Below are positions 27,143 through 40,925 of a DNA stretch of 64,000 nucleotides, one piece after another (position 1 is the stretch's first letter; the number at the start of each line of letters is the position of its first letter). Position numbers and translations under genes: made by a program. The notes below the pieces were generated by a model, which searched no databases, was not told the origin of the DNA, and was given only the letters and a program-made list of their open reading frames with translations. This stretch comes from Squalus acanthias (taxonomy: Eukaryota), in assembly GCA_030390025.1 (NCBI GenBank), contig CM059432.1:29700001-29764000 (forward strand), given 5' to 3'.

Positions 27143-27780
27143 CATAGGAGTGTAGGAACAGGAGTAGGCCAATTCAGTCTCTCGAGCTAGTTGTGAGTTT
27201 GTTCTGCCATCCAATTAGATCATGATCTGTACTGCAATTCCATTTACCTGCCTTAGCTCCTTGATATCCTCACCGAACAAAAATCTATCAATTTCAATTT
27301 TGAAAGCTCCAATTGACCCAGCATCCACAGCCTTTTGGGGGAGAGAATGGCCTTACACTAATTTTAAGATTATGTCTGCTCGTTCTCGACTCCCCCACCA
27401 GAGGAGTTTCTCCGTATCTACCCTATCAAATCCTTTTAACATTTTAAACACCTCAATTAGAGTACCCTTCAATCTGCTGTACTCAAGGGAATACAAGCCA
27501 AGTTTATTCAACCTGTCCTCATAATTTCACCCCCTATGCCCGGTATCAATCTGGTGAATCTGCGCTGCACCCCCTCCAAGGCCAATATATGTTTCCTGAA
27601 TTATGGGGCCCAAAACTGAACACAGTACTCTAGATGGGATCTGACCAAGGCTCAGTACAACTGAAGTATAGCCTCCTCCCCTTTGTATTCTAGCCCCCTT
27701 GAGATAAAGGCCAACATTTCATTAGCCTTTTTGATTGCTTGTTGAACCTATCTATTAGCTTTAAATGATTTGTGTATTTG
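27143..27780 (-). mobile_element. CR1 LINE 3' fragment
   Basis: Similar to other CR1 3' ends in the window. Confidence 0.8.
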
Positions 27781-29269
27781 TGTACTTGAACTGTACATTG
27801 AAGTCCTTGTGTACTTGACTTCAATGGAAAGAAAAATCAGGAGAGCTAGAAAATGGGCTGCTGACTCGCTATTACCTGTTTTACATTATTGCACAAAGTC
27901 AAAAACCACCCCAGAATCTATCATTGATAGTTAGGAAGCAGCTTGACATTTTATCGAAGGATTTTATTTTGATGTGTTTTCTTTTTACTCATTAGCGTGA
28001 ATGAAAGGTATTAGTGCTGAGGAATGGGACACTTTGACAGTCTATGGAACCATCGTAGCATCAAGCACTCCCAGATAATGTTAAATTGGTAACTGGTCAA
28101 ATGCTGTACAAATGCTAATATATAACACTGAGCAGACAGAAGTTCCATCTATACAGCCCCAACAAGCCCTCCAAGTTTACACACAGGCCCAGCTGCCCAC
28201 CCAATCCGGCTGTGAAGATCCCCGGGCCTCATTGAAATAGTACTGATGTGCTGCAGGCACCAAACGGGTGTCCTGATGCAGCTTGCTATTTTGGGACGGT
28301 GCAATACAGAGCAGCCTGGAGGTCACCTGGCCAGCAGCAAGACAAGGGCTATGGGGAAGTTCTCATAATTGAGGATGGGAGGAGCCCAGGGCGGCACTCC
28401 TGCTCCTCCTGAAAATTTAAAACTTACCTTTTTGGGCCTCTTCGGCGGCACCGCCAATAAAACTAGTCGGAGAGTGCGTGGTTACACGTTCCGACCAGTT
28501 CTGTCCTAAAATGGCAATCCTATGCCCGTCATAGTTCCCCAATTTGGGCCGACCACCTAAAACAGGCGAGCGCTTCGGCCACCCAGCGTTTGGCACCTGT
28601 AAAATGGCAGCGGCTAAAGCACCGGTGTTAACGGGAGAGTAAGTCTACCGACTCCATCTTGAGGCCGTTACTAACTAAATTAACGCCAATTTCACCGAGT
28701 TAAAATCAATCCCATGTAACGGTTTAGATACAGAGTAAAGCTCCCTCTGATACTCATCATATGGCAAGAAAGCCACATATGACCCAGCTTCCTCTCATGT
28801 GTGGTCCTCAGAGTAAGCTATCTAGACCTCTATTCACAGCCTGTCAGCACTGCGATGTTGCTCGAGTTGAGATTCAGGGGGTGAGTGAATGGAGGGGGAT
28901 GGGGAAGAGAGAATGCAGCATTGCAAATTTTTTTCATTAATTGATTTTGCACTATTTAAATGTGCGCAATTCATGGAGATGGAAGAGAGAGACAAATTTT
29001 CTCTTCCTTCTATGCCTGTGAATCATGATCATTAAAGAATACTGCAAAATCAATAAATTGTTAATGAAATCGCCGAGTGCTGGCAACACTGCAATGATAG
29101 AGAAAGTGTTTAGAGAAAATGTAAGCACTAGAATTACTTCACGGTAGTTCTGTGAGAGTCGCCCTTCAGCAAGTCACTGCTCAGGATTGTGGCTTTAGAT
29201 AAAACGCTCACTGAGTACCCCTACTATATAATGATTCACCAAATGCTCCCTATCTCTGCAACCCACTCC

Positions 29270-29575
29270 AAGAACTTTGCGTTCCTTCAGCTCTGGCCTC
29301 GTGCATCCCCCACTCCCTTCACTCCACCATTAGCAGCCATGCCTTCAACTGTTCAGCTCTGCAATTCCCTCCCTAAACCTCACTGCTTCTCCACCTCTCT
29401 CTCCTTCTTTAAGACCCTCCTTAAAACCTCCCTTTTTCAACCAAGTTATTAGTCACCCGTCATACTATCTCCTTCTTTGGCTTGGTGTCAACTTTTGGCT
29501 AATTCCACTCCTGCGAAACAGCTTGGGATGTTTTCCTACATTAAAGGCACTATATAAATGCAAGTTGTTGTTGTT
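29270..29575 (+). mobile_element. L2 LINE 3' end
   Basis: NSLPKP...FKTLLKTSLF; tail TATATAAATGCAAGTTGTTG. Confidence 0.8.
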
Positions 29576-29959
29576 GAAGTATATCACATGTTAAAGACAA
29601 ACGAAAACCCCTCTACTCCTCCCCAACCATATTTCCTAACCTCAACCTCAGAGCATCCCTTACTGGACCATAGGAACATAAGAACAGGAGTAGGCTATTT
29701 AGCCCCTCGAGCCTGTTCTGCCATTCAATGAGATCTTACCTGAACTGTGACCTAACTCCATATACCCATATTCACATTCGCCAATGCAATATTTCCATTT
29801 CCTACACCAGAAACCCTTGTGCTATCTCAAAGTAATATTCACAATTGATTGACACTGACTGTTCCATTCCATAGCACTAACGTCCCTCAGACCCCCACCT
29901 CCTAAAAAATATTTTAAAATCTGGCCACCATGTTGAAGACAGTTCTGCAATTGACTTTG

Positions 29960-30140
29960 TTGGGTGAGACTCGACCTTTCACTCTGAGACCTATGTTCAA
30001 ATCCAGCTCAAACTGATAGAGGAGTTACCTTTCTTTGCTGACGGTAAAGCTCCTATGTGATATGAATTTGTACCGTCTCAATCCAATTGCTAGTCAATAG
30101 GCCCAAAGCACAAAACTGCTTCTAACTGGCAATATCATTC
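29960..30140 (+). mobile_element. LF-SINE-like ancient SINE relic
   Basis: CCTTTCACTCTG..GTTCAAATCCAGCTCA..CCTATGTGATATGAAT..TCTCAATCCAATTGCTAGT..CACAAAAC resembles the LF-SINE consensus as I recall it. Confidence 0.5.
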
Positions 30141-30271
30141 AGTGGTCAGTGGTGTTGAATTATGTAAAAATTAAATGGCTTACATGGCTTACCACATGGA
30201 ATGCAATTAATGGACTTTATTGATGCACTTTATCCTCCCCCAGCTGATTGTACCAGGATTCTCAGTTTTTC

Positions 30272-30695
30272 TTCTTTTTTTATTCATCAACAGGATATGG
30301 GCATCACTGGCAAGGCCAGCATTTATTGCACATCCCAAATTGCTTCTTAAACCACAGTCCATTTTCGTAGCGGTTTGGTACAACTGAATGGCTTGCTCGG
30401 CCATTTCAGAGGGCAGTTAAGAGTCAACCACATTGTTGTGGGTCTGGAGTCACATATAGGCCAGTCCAGGTAAGGACGGCAGATTTCCTTCCCTAAAGGA
30501 CATTAGTGAACCAGATGGGCTTTTACGACAATCTGGTAGTTTCATGGTCACCATTACTGATACTAGCTTTTTTAATCCAGAGTTATTTAATTAACTGAAT
30601 TTAAATTCCCCAGCTGCCGTGGTGGGAATTGAACTCACGTCTCCGGATAATTAGTCCAGGCCTCTGGATTACTAGTCCAGTAACATAACCGGTGG
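30272..30695 (-). mobile_element. tRNA-headed SINE sharing its 3' tail with the 882-2332 LINE family
   Basis: Head GGTTATGTTACTGGACTAGTAATCCAG...GAGTTCAATTCCC; second copy at 54815-55180. Confidence 0.7.
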
Positions 30696-31684
30696 CATGG
30701 GGCCCTTAGAGCTACTATGGGCACCACAGCTCTGCAGCAGTGATTTTTCAGCCTCCAGCGTGGTGGGCTGTCCCGTGCAGGTGGAAATCCTACTGGGAGC
30801 TCGCCCTTGGGAAATTTGCCATTGTCAGCTGCACAAAGCCCACACTGCCACATTAATGCCAATGATCCTGGCTATAGTAAAATCCAGATCAGACTAAGTT
30901 TAAGAGCATATACGTCACACACTGTCACCTAGGGGAAGCACTGTGGAAGCAAGCACTGGACACTTACCCACAACCCTGTTATTTAATTAAAATTCTGCCA
31001 GCACTGATGTTGATGCGTGTACTTGCAAAGGTTTGGGAGCAGGTTTCATCAGGTGAAAAATACAAGGTCTGTAACTGAAGACATTTGTGCAGTGCCTGGG
31101 AAAGGTGTGAATAGGACTGTTAACGCTGTAGCCACCTTTCCAAGGGAAGGGAAGGTGTGCTGTATGAGAACTTCATGAATAATATGTGCAGCTGTCATCA
31201 GGATCTGCTCTTTAGCCTCTTCAAGTCCCTCCTTGTAATCTCTTTGATGTGCCCGTTGGCTTTCCTGCTCAGGAGTTTCCATTATGGGTCAAATATTGGT
31301 GGGACAGTAGATGCCTTAAAATTAAAGCATCGTGACAGCTGCCTGGGAAGCCAGCATTGACTTATGGAAGTCATTGCAATGGCCCAAATCAAACTGAACA
31401 TTGAGAGACTGGAATCCTTTTCCTGTTCATGCTCATAGTGGCATTCAGCAAGGGAGCTCACGAGGCCACATGAATACAATTAATAACCCCCTACTGGGCC
31501 TTCAGGGATCCTGCCACTCTATAGAATTGTACAGCATTCTTATCCTGCCGTTAGTTGTCCACTGGAAGGAGATGGAATTGCTTAATTAAGCAAACAAGGC
31601 ATTGGCAGGCAGAAATGATCCCAAAGCATAAAAGTAAGGACCGTGATCACTTTGACAGCCACTGTCAGAGGAGAAGTTTGCCAA

Positions 31685-32050
31685 GTGTCAGCTTGTCTCA
31701 GTTTGCAGCACTTATCACTGAGTCAGAAAGCTGTGGGTTCAAGCCCCACTCCAGGACTTCACTATACAGTATAATGTAGAATGACACTTCAGCATTGTTT
31801 GAGGTACCATCATTTGGATGAGGCATTAAATTGAGGCCCCATTTCCCTGTTCAGATGGATGTAAAAATGCCATTACAGTATTCAAAGAAGAGCAGGAAGT
31901 TCTCCTGGTGTTCTGGCCAGCATTCATCCTTCAAGCAATTCTATTAGAACTAATTATCTGGTCATTATTCTCATTTGATGTTTGTGGGACCTTGCTGTGT
32001 GTAAATTGACTGCCATGTTTTTCTACAAAACAACAGTGACTACACTTCAA
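31685..32050 (+). mobile_element. Deu-SINE, diverged
   Basis: Colinear with the 21486 copy. Confidence 0.7.
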
Positions 32051-32057
32051 ACATCAA

Positions 32058-32500
32058 ATAACGACAACTTGCATTTATAAAGCGCCTTTAACATAGTAAA
32101 ACGTTCCAAGGTGCTTCACAGAAGTGTAATCAGACAAAAATCGGCACCGAACCAAGGAGATATTAAGTCAGGTGATCAAAAGCTTGGTCAAAGACGTAGG
32201 TTTTAAGGAGCTTCTTAAAGGAGGAGAGAGAGGTGGAGATATTTAGGGAGGGAATTCCAGAGCTTAGGGCTGAAGGCACGGCAGCCAATGGTGGGGTGCA
32301 GGAAGTCGGGGATGAGCAAGAGGCTAGAATTGGAGGAGTGCAGAGTCCCCAGAGGGCTGTAGGGCTGGAGAAGATGATAGAGAGAGGCAAGGCCCTGAAT
32401 GGATTTGGACCCAAGGATGAGAATTTTAAATTTGAGTCATTGGTGGACCGGAAGCCAATGTAGGTTAGTGAGCACTGGGGTGAATGGGACTTGGTGCACA
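32058..32500 (-). mobile_element. L2 LINE 3' end
   Basis: FKKLLKTYVFDQAF; matches the 22082 copy. Confidence 0.82.
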
Positions 32501-33384
32501 ACAATTGCCACATAGGCTCATGAAAACCTAAGTGACAATATAAAAAAAAAATTAGGGAAGAAATTGTTCTCTTTAAATAAACTTCCATGTACTCAGTCCC
32601 TAGCAACCTTGGGTACCCAGTTTATATGCAACCAGTGCAATGCTGTCAAAAATACCATTGCATCACTTTGGTCCAATTTACATGCATCCGTCCACAAACT
32701 GGCAGTACTTCCTCAGGCCATTTAAAATGTGATCACGAGGCTGGGCAGGATGAAAAATGGGCAAAGATCCAGCATAACACTCGCACTCAAAAATCGGATG
32801 TTAGTGATCGGAAAATCTACCCAAGGTATGCAACTGATAATTTTCCTCTTCCTTGGGCTTTAAACTGAAGCTACAAAAAAATTCATCCAATAAGATCTAC
32901 ACTTGATCTTAGCCAGATGTCTGAGTAGCTATAGAGTGAGTCCCAGAGGGATCTGACTGAACCAATGGGCCTTGACTGGGATCGGCTTCCATGCTAGCCC
33001 AAGGCAATGCCAGTTGCCTGAGGACCATTTTCATGGACCTATATCAGCCAACTAAAGGCTGGCATCAGCAAAATCATGGGATCAAGTCTCCAGGTCGCCC
33101 TCAGCTAGGAGAGCAGCAGCTGGAAGAAGTCAAAAATAAAATACCATTGAATTAGTATTAGCACCAATGTATGCAATGGTTACAAAATCTCATGCACTGC
33201 ACAAAGATGAGGAGATAGCCCATGCTGGTCTTGCGACATTCTGTGCCATGGATCAGTAAGTCACAGCCACTGAAATGCTCCCACTTCCCCTGAGACTGAT
33301 TGTCTGCCTTGAGTGCCCTGCCGAGATCACAGGGAAAAAAGTATGGATACGAACCATGTACCAACACTTAGTGGATGCAATTAC

Positions 33385-34910
33385 AATCATAGAAACTTAC
33401 AGCACAGAAGGAGGCCATTCGGCCCATCGTGCCAGTGCTGGCTGGTTGAAAGAGCAGTCGTGCTTAGACCCACACCTCCGCTTTTTGTCCGTAACCCTGT
33501 AAGTTCCTCATCCTCAAGTACCTGTCTAACTCCCTTTTAAAATTATTTATGGAATCAGCTTCACCACCTTTTCAGGTACAGCGTTCTAGATCCCGACAAC
33601 TCTCCGTGTAAAAATATTTCTCCTCATCGCCTGTCTAGATCTTTTGCCAATGATTTTAAATCTAAGACCTCTGGTTATTGACCCACTCGCCAGAGGGAAT
33701 AGTTTTTCTCTATCTACTCTATCAAAACCTCTCATCATCTTGAAAACCTCTATTAGGTCACCTCTTAAACGTCTCTGTTCCAAGGAGAACAGTCCTAACT
33801 TTTTCAACCTCTCCTCAACTGAAGTCCCTCATCCCTGGTAACATCCTGGGAAACCTCCTCTGTACCCTTTCTAAGGCCTTTACATCTTTCCTGAAGTGTG
33901 CTGCCCAGAATTGTTCACAATACTCCAGTGATTTATAAAGTTCTAGTATGATCTCTTTGTTTTTATAAGCTATGCCTCTATTTATAAACCCAAGTAACCC
34001 ATGTGCTTTTTTAACCACCTTATCAACTTGCCCTGCCACCTTTAAGGTTTTATGTATATGGTCACCAAGGTCTCTCTGCTCATCTACACTTTTCAAAATT
34101 GTGCCATTTATAGTATACTGTCTTTCCACATTAGTCCTCCCAAAGTGCATCACTTCACCCTTCTCCACATTGAACTTCATCTGCCATGCTTCTGACTATT
34201 TCATCATCCTGTCTGTCATCCTGAAGTCTATAATTATCCTCATCACTATCTATTACATTGCAATTTTCGTATCATCTGAAAACTTTATAATGCTGCTCTC
34301 TACACCCGAGTCTAAGACGTTTATAAAAATTGAAATGAGTAATTGACCCAAAACTGACCCTTGGGGAACAGCACTGCAAGCTACCTCCCAGTCTGAAAAA
34401 CATCCATCCACCACCACCCCCTACTTCCTGTCACTGAGCCAATTTCGTATCCATACTGCCAGTTTCCCCTTAATTCCACGTGCTTCCATCTTCTTAACAA
34501 GCGTCTTGTGTGGTACTTTGTCGAATGCCTTCCAAAAGTCCATATATACAACACCTACTTCACTACCTTGATCAACCTTCTCTGTTAACTCATCAAAGAA
34601 TTCAATCAAGTTAGTCAGACACGATTTGCCTTTAGCAAATCCATGCTGGCTGTCCTTGATTAACCTATGCCTTTCCAATTGCAAGTTTATTTGTCCCTGA
34701 TAATGGTTTCAAATAACTTCCCCACCACCAATGTTAGGCTGACTGGCATGTAGTTTCCCGATTTATCCCTCTCCCCTTTCTTGAATAGTGGAATAACATT
34801 AGCAACCCTCCAGTCATCCAGCACTGCTCCTGTATCCAATGAGGATTGAAAGATTGTGACCAATATCTCTGCTCTTTCTACCTTTGCTTCTTTCAGCAAC
34901 CTAGGATCAG
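33385..34910 (-). mobile_element. CR1 LINE, RT region to 3' end
   Basis: ORFs 34687-34965, 34421-34684 (QHGF, VYMDFWKAFDKVPH), 33815-34180 and 33586-33807. Confidence 0.93.
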
Positions 34911-35096
34911 CAATACAATCAGTGACATTTTTTAATATAATAGAGTTGATACATTTTTCAATCAACTTTATTTGTGCACTCCAAACAATTCACTAGCAAA
35001 CACAAGAACATTTTCATTTAATAAGTGATACAGGTATTTGACCAACTACCTTATATTTAGGAATATTTGCTTGTGGCAGTCCAGACCTGATATTAC

Positions 35097-35271
35097 TTGT
35101 CTACTTTTGGTTCCATTGGCGGAAATATAAATCTGACCCGTGATACAACCTCTAAAATATTTCTCAGGAAGATGACCTCCTCTGAGAGAGAGATCATAAA
35201 TAATTCACAATGCTTCTGTCCTGAATGTATGTCAAACTTAACTGCACTTAAGAATTCACCCCATGCGTTTC
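35097..35271 (-). other. Weak candidate exon (175 nt), product unknown
   Basis: Pyrimidine-rich acceptor cacttatccag; donor AA/gtaata; one open frame NAWGEFLSAVKF...MEPKVD. Confidence 0.18.
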
Positions 35272-36576
35272 CTGGATAAGTGATGGAGGGGAGTACATGA
35301 GGAATATAGATTTTTAATTCAAGTACTTTTCTACAATTCTCCACATTAAACGTTCATTTATCACAGGGTATCTCTGACAATGCTTCATGTTCCTGATTGT
35401 ATTTTGTTTTTATCTGTTCTATTTTTTCCTCGGTTTTCTCTCTTCCATCCCCACTGACAATTACTTACTCCCCTCCTTGATGCTGCATGGCCCAGTCTTC
35501 CAAATGAACCTCAGTGGCTCTCTTCAACATATCTGATCGTAGGGGTCGCTCTCACGCATCTGTATCATCCAAGCCTTGCGATATTATTCTCCTTAGTTTC
35601 CTTTTTAGAACTGCAAAAAGAAATCAGGTGAGATTACCTGCTTTATACAGAATAACAGATAGTTTCTGCTGCGGGGGCTCATTGAGGCTGGCCCCCATAT
35701 GTATTTTGCATGTGACCATTACACGTATGAAGTTAATGGTCTTGAGAGGCCCTCTCTCTCCCCACTCCGGTGTTTAATTCTGTCACTTGCCCTCCCCACT
35801 TTCTCAGTTAATGCTGCCACTCTCTTTCCTCCCGTATTCCAAAGTGCCACTGGCAGCTTCTTTTCTTTTTTCTCCCACAAAGCACGGCTCGCAGCTTCTG
35901 CTTCTTCCCATCTCCCGTTTCCCTCTCTGCTTCATTGCCATCCCGTTCCCTCAGCCCTTCATTTCCTTTCTTCCCTCTCCCCTTCATCACCATCCAAATC
36001 CCTTTGCCTTTTCCTATCACTGCAAACTCTATCGCCCTCCCCTTTTGCCAACCCTATCATTGCCATCCATTTCCCTCCCTTACCCGCTCCAACATATCTG
36101 TTCCTATCTGAGTCCTGCTGCTAATCGAAGTGATTCTGGCTGCTACATGTCATAATCAGGAGCTCCTGTTCTCAAGAGGGCTGCTGGGATTCCATTAGTA
36201 GCCGGGCTCCTGTAGGTGAAGCACTGAGGGGAGGAGGGGCCTGTGCTTATTTTTATCAGAAAAATCCTGACTAGGCCCCCTAAGTGCCGATGTCAGTGTC
36301 AAACGCTGATGGTTGGCAGTTATGTTACATCAAGGAGACCTTTGATGCATTTTTCGCAGGGCCAACAACAACTTCATCACTTTCTGTACTGACTAAGATT
36401 GTAAAGACAGGCTGAGCCCTAAAGAATATGGTTTTTTTCAGTTAGTTTTCTGTATGAAGAGAGAACGAAACATGTGTGATAAATCCCCTCAGGTCTCGGC
36501 CTAATGTAGTTGCACTGTATGATGTATATTGTATGTGGGTCTCTGGTGACTAGCCCAGTTCTCTCCAACTCTTCAC

Positions 36577-36629
36577 CTGCAGCCAGTGTAATACAAACAT
36601 TCCACCCCATGGACACGACCCTTTGACTC
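36577..36629 (-). other. Weak candidate exon (53 nt), phase-compatible with 35097-35271
   Basis: Acceptor ctcttctgcttgatttcag; donor CAG/gtgaag; reads SQRVVSMGWNVCITLAA. Confidence 0.18.
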
Positions 36630-37194
36630 CTGAAATCAAGCAGAAGAGTGAGATTATCAAATAAACTTTGCCTGAGCTGCTCGGCTCCCTTGATGCAAGC
36701 TGTGTTAATGCCGAATAACTCTGCAGCTTTTCTTTTGCTCAAATCACTACTCAACATTGAAAGTAGAAACAGACTTAAGGTGGCTGGTAGGGAGGGACAG
36801 AGAGGTTCGCAGATGACTGGGAGTCAGGTGAACAGATAATAGGGAATTATATAGGGTAGGGGATGTTTCAGCTTTTTGACTTTATGGGCCACGTAGGTGA
36901 ATACCATGGAGTCTCAGGAGTCACATATAAAGTTTAAATCTATCTTCCCATTAACTTGCATATGTCGTAAGTTGCTTATACTAATGGATCTTGATGTTGT
37001 GATTTAGAATTTATCTAATAATGGGGCAGCAGATCAAAAAATAGCCCTTTCCAAACCTCCAGGCCCACAACATTCAAACAAGAAAAACCAGCAAGTAAAT
37101 AAATACAAAAAGGACTGAGTTCCATGTGCTTCAAGGATCAGATTTGGGGGTGGTGGGGGGGGGGGGGGGGGGTCAAGGGCCCGAAGGCCTTGGG

Positions 37195-37693
37195 TTGGAC
37201 ATTCCTGGCATGAGGATGGTTGGCATCAGGTTAATATAGGAATGTAAGGCCCATCAACCTGCTTCTTTCCACAGACCATGTACGATTTGCCTTACTGTAG
37301 CCACTATCCAACTGTTTCAATCTTCAAAGTATAAATAGATCTTGATCCCCCAAAGGTAATCAAGCAAAATTGCACATCTCCAATATTCAACCCTGGCTGA
37401 CTGCTCCCCACTGACAGCATTCTCTCCCTCCCTCTTCCCCAGTCCCCCACCAACAGATGAACTACCATGTCCTGTGTCCAATGGATGGGAGTCCAACATT
37501 ATTCCAAAAGAGCCACAGGGTAATGACACTGACCAAAGCCAAGACTTTTTGATGGATATCCAATACTCTAATGGCACCCATCACTTGGACATTCCTGGCA
37601 TGTGGATGGTTGGCATCAGGTTAATATAAGAATGTAAGGCCCATCAACCTGCTTCTTTCCACAGACCATGTACAATCCGCCTTACTGTAGCCA
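37195..37693. repeat. 109-bp direct repeat pair (37195-37303 and 37585-37693)
   Basis: 5 mismatches in 109 bp; 281-bp spacer. Confidence 0.9.
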
Positions 37694-38289
37694 TAGTGAT
37701 TTCGCCATGGCCTGGTACTGTAGAGGTTAAGGCCTCCATGTTAATTCAGACCAACACTGGTGTAAAGTCTCATTAGAAGATGGATTATCCATTTTATGCA
37801 TTCTGACTGCCTGGCCAGCAGGCACTAATTCCCAGTAGGCTCCAGCATTCTGGCAGTGCTTTTCGAAGAATACTATTTGAAAGTGAAGGAGGTACAAAGT
37901 AGAATCTAAATCTAATGGCTTGTAAGTGCGCTTTTATTGTAAAATTTCATTGGTGCCAAGGTAAATCAGGAAGATTGCTTCAAATTAAGATAGAAAGTAA
38001 CACAATGGCCATGATTTCGCCTGCCTGGGCGGCTTCAAGGCGGGAGAGGTCGGCGGCGGGGGGCGACCCCGCTGCTGCGTGGATCCCGTCGATAAATCGA
38101 ACCTTGTTAGGCCAGCCCTGCGCGTATCCCGGCCCTATTAAAGGGTGCAGGTCTGGTGACGATACCGGATGATGCGATTATTGCCGGTTTATTTAAAGGG
38201 GCCATGTCCCCAGTTACTGTCAGTTGCAAATTGATAGCATTCAGTGCTGTCAGTGTTTGAGTCCCTGCACTATGAGCTTGCAGCGCCAA

Positions 38290-39399
38290 CGAGCAGCGCC
38301 TTGCTTCACAGATGAGTCCCTCCATCATCTTGTGGAGGGAGTGAGAGCACGTAGGGCGGTTCTCTTCCCTGCGGATAGCAGGAAGAGGCCTCCCTAGCAG
38401 ACAAAGGCAGCGCGGCTGCAGATATCGCAGGAGGTTACGGGGCTGTCAGTGGTGGTTCGCACCTGGGTGCAGTGCTGCAAGAAGTTCAATGATCTGGTAA
38501 GATCAGGAAAAGTGAGTATTAAGCCACAATTACCTTGATGCTGCTGTACGTCTCATCACATTCGCACCATTCTACATTGCCACCCCTACTCCTGCACAAC
38601 GCTACACAGCCCAACATCCCTTGTACCTCCATCCATCCCTCTAACTCTATCTATATTATCAGGTCGCCATCTTACTATGCAGCCCTCACACTGAGCCTCA
38701 TCGTTATGCAATTACAGCAACTAACAACACAAAAGGAGGCAACTTGGTATTGCCAACCCACTCCATCAAATTGTCAGCATGAGCAACATCGTGGTGCAGT
38801 CACTGGCAACTATAGCTTCCTCCATGGATAGGATGGCCACCTGCATGGAGGAGACACGGCGCCAGTCGCATGAGAACATGGTTTCTCTTCAAAATAGATG
38901 CTCATCTATGGAGAAGAGATGAAGAAAAATGGAGGAGAGATAGGCATCTATGGAGGAGAGAAATATCCTCATAGACATCCTTTGTAGGATGGATGTCAGT
39001 ATAGAGGTGGGCCCTCATGGCGCTACTTAAGTACAGCAAGATGTTCTCCAGCTACTTGCTAGCAGGGAAGTACGGGTGGCCCATGAGAGGGATGATGGTG
39101 GGAGGGGACATGGAAATGGGGGCTCCGCTCCAAGCGCTTTGACTTCCACCCCCTTGCCAATCCCTCAGTCAGAGCCCCAGATGCCTCCCCGGACAGCGAT
39201 GGCCGAGTCTGTGCATGCACAGTCGCAGGAGGAGCAGACTTTGGCGGAGCCATCAGTGGCTCCAAAACCCAGAGGGCGACCGCCAAAGGCATCTAAGCAG
39301 GCACAGCACAGAGATGAGGAGGCTGCCTCTACCTCTGCTGAAGCCGCAGGGGTAGCACGACATAGAAGCACCCAGAAAAGAAAGATCCCACACAAATAG
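38290..39399 (+). pseudogene. Harbinger Myb/SANT-like partner gene remnant
   Basis: FTDESLHHLVEGVRARRAVLF...RTWVQCCKKFNDLVRSGK followed by donor gtgagt at 38511; in-frame stop; C-terminal ORF 39076-39399 with KPRGRPPK (AT-hook-like) and basic tail. Confidence 0.75.
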
Positions 39400-39684
39400 T
39401 CACAAGGCTAGACACTCGGGTGTGTCTTTCTTTATCAATGTCATGTTAGTATTCTATGAAGTGCTGTTAATAAATCATCTAATTGTCACACTTGGAGGTC
39501 GTTGGCAAATTTGTGTGATCGAATAGAAGTGGCAGAGTGAAGGGTCAGGGCTCATTTCACACCCAGCAATGGTGGTGAGAGTCAAAACAAGGGAGGAATC
39601 ATTGTTTGACTGCTGCATGGTGTTGGTGTGGGGTGATGCAACCTGCGTACGTGGGTGGCAGCCACATCTATGAGCTGCATGAAG

Positions 39685-40925
39685 TTATTGAAATCTGCCA
39701 TTGATAAGGGTATCCCTGGCGTGACGGGCAGCAACGTGCTCGTGTACTGGTCGCAATGGGACCGCCGGCTCGTCCAGGTGTTCCTCATCCTCGTGACCAA
39801 CCTCATGGTGAGCCACATCCTCCTCATCCTCCGATGAGGCTCTGCACTCAGCAGCTTCTTCCTCATCCAGTACTAATCCTCGCTGCTGCTTTATGTTGTG
39901 CAGGGCACAGCAGACGATGACTATTCGATAGACTCTAGCTGGTGTGTACTGAAGGGCTCCTCCAGATCTGTCGAGGCATCTGAAGCGCATTTTGAGCAAG
40001 CCTATTGTCTGCTCGATGACACTTCTCGTGGAGATGAGGCTTTGATTATGACGTCCCTCAGGCTCGTTGGTTGGCCTCCTCAAAGGTGTCATGAGCCACG
40101 TCTTCAGGGGATAGCCCTCGTCTCCAAGCAGCCAGCCGCCAAGACTGTTTGGCGGTGCAAAGAGCTGAGGGATGGTGGAATGGTGCAGGATGTACGAGTC
40201 ATGGCAGCTGCCAGGGAACTTAGCGCACACATGGATGATAATCTTCCTATGGTTGCAGACCAGCTGAACATTGAGGGATTGGAAGCCCTTGCGGTTAACA
40301 AATGCTACTGGGTTGTGATGGCCACATGTGTACAGTCGATGACTCCCTGCACCCATGGGAAGCCAGCTAGAGCGGCAAAGCCAAGCGCATGTTCATTGAC
40401 AGTGGCTTTATCAGTGGCAAAATGTATATAATTTGTGGACTTGTTAAAGAGGGCATCGGTTACCTGTGCGATGTATCTGTGTGCAGCCAACTGCGAGATG
40501 CCGCAAAGGTCTGCTGCAGATGCCTGGAAGGAGCCTGAGGTGAAGAAGTTGAGGGCAAGGGTGAGTTTGACAGCCATTGGTAAGGAGTGTCCACCCCTTC
40601 CTCTGGGCTGCAGGTCTTGCTCCAGTAAGGTGCAAATGCTGGCGACGACCTGGCGCGATAGCCTGAGCCTCCTTTGGCACTGCTGCACTGTCATGTTGAG
40701 GAAGCTCATCCTCTGCCTGTATACCCTGTGTTGGGGGTATGGCCTCCGATGCGGTCCAGCCCTGCGCTGATGCCCTATGCTCTGTGCAGCATCAGGTGGT
40801 TGAGGAGAAGGTTGGCGCTCTTGTTGTTGCTGCTGCTGCTGGTGTGGCTGGTTCTGCTGCTGCTGCTGCGGCTGATCATCATCAGATTCGGAGGACCAAG
40901 GTGACAGAGCATAAATCGTGCCCAT
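39685..40925 (-). pseudogene. Harbinger (HARBI1-like) DDE transposase with a single frameshift
   Basis: ORFs 40305-40925 and 39685-40356: [70 protein letters not shown]. Confidence 0.95.

Noticed and set aside
39685..40925. Host HARBI1 gene
   Set aside because: Frameshifted, intronless, and paired with a Myb gene and transposon-like terminus; better explained as a transposon copy
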